Positions 59,084-64,000 of a stretch of DNA of 64,000 nt are shown piece after piece. Source of the DNA: a bacterium (lineage in GTDB: Bacteria; UBA10199; 2-02-FULL-44-16; JAAZCA01). Position numbers and translations under genes: made by a program. Under the pieces are notes generated by a model. The model made no database searches and was not told the DNA's origin. It saw only the letters and a program-made list of their open reading frames with translations. Where the stretch lies: NCBI GenBank assembly GCA_963674695.2, contig CAXXGI010000002.1, positions 832,001 through 896,000 of the forward strand, in the 5' to 3' direction. Numbering within the stretch: position 1 is the first letter of the stretch; the number at the start of each line of letters is the position of its first letter.

Positions 59084-60400
59084 TTACCCCTGCTTCGTGA
59101 TGCCAAAGAGAATGTTGACCCCTTCGCCACCGTAGGCGGCACGAAATCGGAAGAGGATGACTTTCTTCAGGTCGATGTCAAATCCGCCGCCGGCGGAATA
59201 CTTCAGCCGATTGAAACTGAAATGCTGTATGTCGGGAAAGACACGACCTCCGTCGAAGAAGACGATTCCGCGCATCATCGTCCATATCGGATACCAGTAT
59301 TCGATATTGACCAGCACGCTCGCGCGGTCGCGAAAACGTCCGCGTTTGAAGCCGCGCAGTGGAGAACTGGCATCGAGGGTTGAAAGCCGGAAGAAGGGGA
59401 CCTGGTTGCTCCCCAGCTTCTGTTCGAACCGCCAGCCGTTGTGCAGCGCAAGTACGATTCCCGGGCGCCAGAGCTGGATATACTGATGGAAGTCGAAGGT
59501 GTATTCATTGTAGCTGAATTTCCCCCCCTGCACGGTCTGATACCGGTAGAAGTTGAAGCTGCGGGTGCCACCGTGTTCGGGAAAGATGTCGTCGTCGCGG
59601 GTGTCATGACGTATGCCGAAGCCGAATTTGACGTAGGTCATGCGCTGGTCAAACCCGGGGATCTGCGCGGCCGGAAACGTGGTGTTGACGCTCGGTTTCC
59701 CCCCCTTGGTGCTCGCGCCCGTGTCCGCATGGATGATGCCCAGATGGGCGAGCATATCCAGATTCTTGATAATCGTGAAGTCAAAGCGCGTGCCGGCCTC
59801 GACATTGGCGTACTGAAATTTCGATTGATTGCTGCGAACGCTGTTGTTTCCCAGTCCGTAGTAGTCCTGATCGAGCTGGCGCTTCCAGTCGGCCTCGACG
59901 GTATAGGCCACCGGATTGCCCGAGATCGAAAAGGCATGTTTCTTCTCCAACGTTGCGTTCAAACGCTGGTTGAGCTGCGTGGTGATCGCATAGAAGGTGT
60001 TGAAGTCGAACCCCTTGTAAAAAAGGTTGGTGTCGCGCAGCCCCACGCCGCCGCCAAAGCCGGACCCGGCGCCGCCGCCAATAATCGGATAGATCCAGAG
60101 CGTCCGATCGTGGTTCGACATGGCATCGGCCATGCGCTCGATGGCGTGCTTCTCCTCCATCGCCTGAAAGATACCGCCGAGCGGCGAGGTGGCCACTTTG
60201 ATCGCCAGGCCCGGAAGCTCGAGGGGAAAGCGGAGCGCGCGTTTCACATAGGAACTGGAGGGCACCGTGAAGGTCGCTTCCGGTTCTGTCGGTTCATCCG
60301 CGTTTTCCATCGTGGCCCCTGCTCCTGCGGGAACGGCCAGGAGTAAGAGGGCGATGAGGCTTGCCCACAACTGCTGTTGGATCCGATGGGAAATGGTCAT
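59084..60400 (-). CDS. Omp85/BamA-TamA family barrel protein lacking POTRA domains
   Basis: Signal peptide, HDTRDD..P..G, LRGF..GRFRD, FFDGGRV, YSAGGG. Confidence 0.85.
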   Translation of the reverse strand: MTISHRIQQQLWASLIALLLLAVPAGAGATMENADEPTEPEATFTVPSSSYVKRALRFPLELPGLAIKVATSPLGGIFQAMEEKHAIERMADAMSNHDRTLWIYPIIGGGAGSGFGGGVGLRDTNLFYKGFDFNTFYAITTQLNQRLNATLEKKHAFSISGNPVAYTVEADWKRQLDQDYYGLGNNSVRSNQSKFQYANVEAGTRFDFTIIKNLDMLAHLGIIHADTGASTKGGKPSVNTTFPAAQIPGFDQRMTYVKFGFGIRHDTRDDDIFPEHGGTRSFNFYRYQTVQGGKFSYNEYTFDFHQYIQLWRPGIVLALHNGWRFEQKLGSNQVPFFRLSTLDASSPLRGFKRGRFRDRASVLVNIEYWYPIWTMMRGIVFFDGGRVFPDIQHFSFNRLKYSAGGGFDIDLKKVILFRFRAAYGGEGVNILFGITKQG

Positions 60401-60412
60401 GTGCCGCTATTC

Positions 60413-61456
60413 CTATACATTCAAGGCAATGCTCAGGCCGATGATGAAGGCCAAGGGAAAGACGATCCGGGAGACGCGATCGATGCGTTTGGCCAGCTCC
60501 ACATGCCCGAGCTGATGGATCCTCGAGGTGAAGACCACCTGGGCGAGCGTTAAAAAAACGAGAATCGTTCCGACCAGGATGAACTGGTCGATGCGTGTCA
60601 TGTACGGGACGCGGGGAACCTGCGAATCGATGGCGAATCGATAGGCGATCAGCGTCAGCATCGAGGTCGTGGCCACCGCGATCTGCGTTCCGGCGTTCGA
60701 CGGATCGATCCAGAAGACGCTCCAGCTCATGATGACGATGAGCAGGAGCGGCAGGATCACCTTCCACACATAGTGCCAGCTGTCTCGTTTAGCCGTGAAG
60801 TCGAAGGCATATCCGGCGATCGGTGCTGTTGGCGCGGTTACATACGGGAGTGCTTTAGTGTCGATACCTTCGATCAGCCAGTCCGGAAGCGAGATATCAG
60901 CAGCAATGCCCGCAGCCTTCGGAAGTCCCTCAGCGATAAAGCCTTCATCTCGAATGAATCGAATATTGTCCGGACTGTTGGTGGGAGAGACGAAGTGCAG
61001 ACGGAAGACTTGCGTGTCGAAGGGGAATTTATTCAGGTTGAGCGGCTGGGAGAACGGACCGACGAAGCGCTGTCGGTAGATCACCGTTCCGTCCGGTTGG
61101 ACCGTCAATATTTCCGGAAGCGTGCGGCGGACGATGCCGGACTCGTTGGCGATCTGGATCCGCGGATTCCAGATCTGTTCGATGTTGTAGATCTCGACGC
61201 CCGTGCGGTCGCCGGCCAGGCGAGGATCCTTCCACCGCAGGGCGACGAAGACGTTTGCGGCAAAGTTCTGGGACGAACTGTCGATACTGTCGATATCGAG
61301 AATCCAGACCAACGCGGAGACCTCTGTCGGTCCATCGGCGGCATTGGGGCGCGAGAGGCGCGCCATCGGCTGTGGCGCCGCTATGGCGATGATGGAGAAG
61401 AAGAGCGTGACGAGAAGGATGGGGATCATCACCAGCGAACGAAGTGTTGTTGTCAT
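60413..61456 (-). CDS. Prokaryotic pentameric ligand-gated ion channel (GLIC/ELIC-like)
   Basis: Signal peptide, W.DPRL, IWNPRI, YRQRF, Pro-loop KFPFDTQ, M1 ILPLLLIVIMSWSVFWI, M2 LTLIAY, PRVPYMT, four TM helices. Confidence 0.92.
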   Translation of the reverse strand: MTTTLRSLVMIPILLVTLFFSIIAIAAPQPMARLSRPNAADGPTEVSALVWILDIDSIDSSSQNFAANVFVALRWKDPRLAGDRTGVEIYNIEQIWNPRIQIANESGIVRRTLPEILTVQPDGTVIYRQRFVGPFSQPLNLNKFPFDTQVFRLHFVSPTNSPDNIRFIRDEGFIAEGLPKAAGIAADISLPDWLIEGIDTKALPYVTAPTAPIAGYAFDFTAKRDSWHYVWKVILPLLLIVIMSWSVFWIDPSNAGTQIAVATTSMLTLIAYRFAIDSQVPRVPYMTRIDQFILVGTILVFLTLAQVVFTSRIHQLGHVELAKRIDRVSRIVFPLAFIIGLSIALNV

Positions 61457-61476
61457 GAACAATCTGCCTTTCCGGT

Positions 61477-62928
61477 TTAGAACTGCACGCCCGCTTCCAT
61501 GTAGAACGCCGATCCTTCAGCGCCATAGGCCATGTCGAAGTTGATCACGGTCGAGAGGTTCCACGCGAGCATGAGCCCCATGCCTCCGCCCAGATGCCAG
61601 TCCTTAAAGGAGGTCTGGCTTACCTTGTCGAAGGTGCGTCCCGCGTCGAAGAAGGGCTTGACGCCGAGGCGGATATTCTGGCGGAAGACCGTGAAGTCGA
61701 CGAAGCTCCAGCGCAGCTCCATGTTGGCCAGCATCTGCACCGGCCCGATGTAGCGGTCGAGGCGATAGCCGCGGATCGAGCGGAATCCGCCCAGTCCCGT
61801 CTGGTCGCGGTCGGTGAAGGCGAGCGTGTTCATCGAATAGAAGGGGATGTCGCCGAACTGCCAGCCGTAGTAGAAGCGTCCCGCGAGCACGACGGTCTGG
61901 TTGTACTTGTTGAAGAGCGGTCCATAGGCGCGCAGATCGGTGGTCAGCCGCCCGTAGTTGAACGACGAGCCCAAGAACTTCGGCGAGAGCTCCGAGACGA
62001 TCTCGGCAAAGAGGCCCTGGGTTGGGTTGGGCTCGAAGTCGCGTGTGTCGAAGGAAAGGCCCAGCTTGATGTAATTGTCCCACCCGCCGTTGCAGCCCTG
62101 GGCGCGGCCGGAGAGGCAGTCGGCCTGCAGGTGCGTCTGTTGTTGCACCGCCCCGTCGATGGTCTTGCCCGTGTAATCGTCGATCCAAATACGAGCGACC
62201 TGGACGCCAAAGAGGGGCCGGAGCCATCCCCCCAGGAGATCATACTCAGCCGAGCCCCTAAAGCTGACATGCGTATAGCCGTAGTTATCGTAGCGCGCGT
62301 TGGTCTGTCCTCCCACCTGCTGCTTGAGTGCATTCTTATACTGGGCGTAACTGCCGTAGACCTGGCCGGTCCCGGGGAAGGTGAGCTGCTGTCCCTGATT
62401 GCCGATGCCGAAGTAGTTCTTGAACGGGTTCTGAAAGATATCGATGGCATTGCGTATGCGCCAGGGGGTGTCCAGGAAGTTGGGCGCATCGAAGAAGTTC
62501 TGGATCTGAAAGACGCCGCCGCTGCTGATGAGAAACGCCGGGCTGATCAACCAGCGGTAAGGGGTGTAACGGAAGAAGGGGCTGTCCTTCTTTCCGTTGT
62601 CGAAGAAGTTTGCGGCGGCGCCGATGTTGAATTGCGTGTCCGGATCCCAGGCGATGATCGGGAAGGGCGTGAAGTAGAACCCCTCTTTTTTGTCTCGGAG
62701 CAGGATCTCGGGCTGGGGTTTCTTGCGCCGGATGAAAGAGGGCGGCGGGATTTCGGGCGGCAGCTCGCCGGCGTCGCCCTCTTTGGCGGCCTTGGTAATC
62801 TCTTTCACCTTCTCGTCGAAGGCGGCTCCTTCGTCCGGCGTTCCGGTCTCTGCTGCAGGGAGGGCCGGGGAGATGAAGAAAAGGGCGAGCAGACAGGCGC
62901 AGAAGGTGGTGCGACGGAACTGGGCCAT
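61477..62928 (-). CDS. Omp85 family outer membrane protein lacking POTRA domains
   Basis: Signal peptide, FDTRDFEPNP..G, IRGY...RY, PFFDAGR, C-terminal GVQF. Confidence 0.87.
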   Translation of the reverse strand: MAQFRRTTFCACLLALFFISPALPAAETGTPDEGAAFDEKVKEITKAAKEGDAGELPPEIPPPSFIRRKKPQPEILLRDKKEGFYFTPFPIIAWDPDTQFNIGAAANFFDNGKKDSPFFRYTPYRWLISPAFLISSGGVFQIQNFFDAPNFLDTPWRIRNAIDIFQNPFKNYFGIGNQGQQLTFPGTGQVYGSYAQYKNALKQQVGGQTNARYDNYGYTHVSFRGSAEYDLLGGWLRPLFGVQVARIWIDDYTGKTIDGAVQQQTHLQADCLSGRAQGCNGGWDNYIKLGLSFDTRDFEPNPTQGLFAEIVSELSPKFLGSSFNYGRLTTDLRAYGPLFNKYNQTVVLAGRFYYGWQFGDIPFYSMNTLAFTDRDQTGLGGFRSIRGYRLDRYIGPVQMLANMELRWSFVDFTVFRQNIRLGVKPFFDAGRTFDKVSQTSFKDWHLGGGMGLMLAWNLSTVINFDMAYGAEGSAFYMEAGVQF

Positions 62929-63097
62929 GAAATTTCCCCCCGGAGTGAACCCTCTGGGTCTCTACTGAATTCCCCGGACAAGCGCAACCTTCTTGGCCCG
63001 TCATAAGGGCGGGATGCCGATTGCGTGCGGATTCATTTGTGCCGCCCCTGGTGATGGCGTAAAATGCGACAGCTTTTGACCAAAAAAAGGGGGAAAA

Positions 63098-64000
63098 ATG
63101 GACCAGACGCGCGTCAAGAAGATCGGTTTGCTTGCCTGCTCCGGCATCGTGGCCGGAAATATGATGGGGTCGGGGGTCTCGCTCCTGCCTTCGTCTCTAG
63201 CGAGCATCGGCTCGATCACGATCATCAGCTGGTTTCTGGCAATCATCGGTGCGCTCTCGCTTGCCTACATCTTCGCCAAGCTCGGAACCGATAACCCCCA
63301 GGAGGGGGGACCCATTGCCTATTCCGAGGAGGTCGCTCCGATCCTCGGCTATCAGGCGGGCGTACTCTATTTTCATGCCAATTGGATAGGGAACCTCGCC
63401 ATCGCGATCACAGGAGTGGCCTACCTCTCGGTCTTCTTCCCCATCCTCACCCATCCGCTCGCGGCGGGTTTTGCCACCATCGGGGTGGTCTGGATCTTTG
63501 CGATCATCAACCTCTTGGGGGCGCACTGGGTGGGTCGGCTCACGGCCATCGGGGTCGTGCTGTTGCTCATCCCCATCGTTCTAACGGGTGCTGCCGGTTT
63601 CTTCTTCTTCAAGCCGGATATCTTCGTCGCCAACTGGAACGTCTCGCCCAAGGGCGATTTTCACGCCATCGTCGGGGGGGTGCTGCTCTGTCTCTGGAGC
63701 TTCATCGGTGTGGAGAGCGCGACGACCGATGCGAGCCTCGTCGAGAATCCCAAGCGGAACATCCCGCGCGCGACGCTCATCGGTTCCGGGGTCGCGGCGC
63801 TGGTCTATGTCGTCTCCTGCACGGCGATCTCGGGGATGTTTCCGGCCAAGGAGGTCGCCGCCTCCGGCGCCCCGTTTTCGCTCGCCGTGGCCCACATCGT
63901 GGGCCCTTGGAGCGCGCATATCGTTTCGGCGCTGGTGGCATTCGGCTGTCTCACGTCGCTCGCGTCCTGGATGATGCTCGTGGCGCAGGCCGGCGCGCGC
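63098..64000 (+). CDS. APC amino acid/polyamine antiporter (CadB/AdiC/PotE-like), truncated by window edge
   Basis: MDQTRVKKIGLLACSGIVAGNMMGSGVSLLPSSLA..GGP..WIGNLAI..WSFIGVESA..NPKRNIP; open to the window end, absent from the ORF track. Confidence 0.9.
   Translation, partial: MDQTRVKKIGLLACSGIVAGNMMGSGVSLLPSSLASIGSITIISWFLAIIGALSLAYIFAKLGTDNPQEGGPIAYSEEVAPILGYQAGVLYFHANWIGNLAIAITGVAYLSVFFPILTHPLAAGFATIGVVWIFAIINLLGAHWVGRLTAIGVVLLLIPIVLTGAAGFFFFKPDIFVANWNVSPKGDFHAIVGGVLLCLWSFIGVESATTDASLVENPKRNIPRATLIGSGVAALVYVVSCTAISGMFPAKEVAASGAPFSLAVAHIVGPWSAHIVSALVAFGCLTSLASWMMLVAQAGAR

Overview
64 kb of a GC-rich (roughly 55-60% by eye) bacterial chromosome. Gene order and protein families suggest a deltaproteobacteria-like lineage (inference). 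1-6.6 kb is core: pth(3' part)-rpsF-rpsR-DUF2232-rplI-dnaB-GT2, rdgB, tRNA-Pro and tRNA-Arg, with an S6:S18-type leader before rpsF. Downstream of tRNA-His (9133-9210) lies a ~12 kb string of unrelated one- or two-gene units: endonuclease I, truncated Fic, MFS, serpin, AAA-DUF4143 ATPase, alpha/beta hydrolase, an orphan fragment and Cache+NCS2. These units are separated by copies of a modular non-coding repeat. Its core (ACCCCAAGTGAYAACYGGTMGAAC) is fused to a duplicate of the tRNA-His 3' end and in two copies forms a 47-48 bp inverted-repeat site resembling large-serine-recombinase att sites. No recombinase is in the window. This candidate integron-like cassette array is the strongest novel signal. 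Other highlights: a recurring GCAAC-N16-CGATA promoter-like motif before signal-less orphan genes; an IS1182-like MITE carrying REP palindromes; a surface/secreted cluster (1.2k-aa HEXXH protein under sigma54, FN3 lipoprotein, GH19 chitinase with a eukaryote-type Cys module, ASH-repeat adhesin, sphingomyelinase-like phosphoesterase); ettA, rhlE, a TolC/MFP/MacB exporter, HU, a stand-alone gltB; and an Omp85-pLGIC-Omp85-kinase-like lipoprotein operon next to an APC antiporter. All calls come from motif recognition only; no database search was run.
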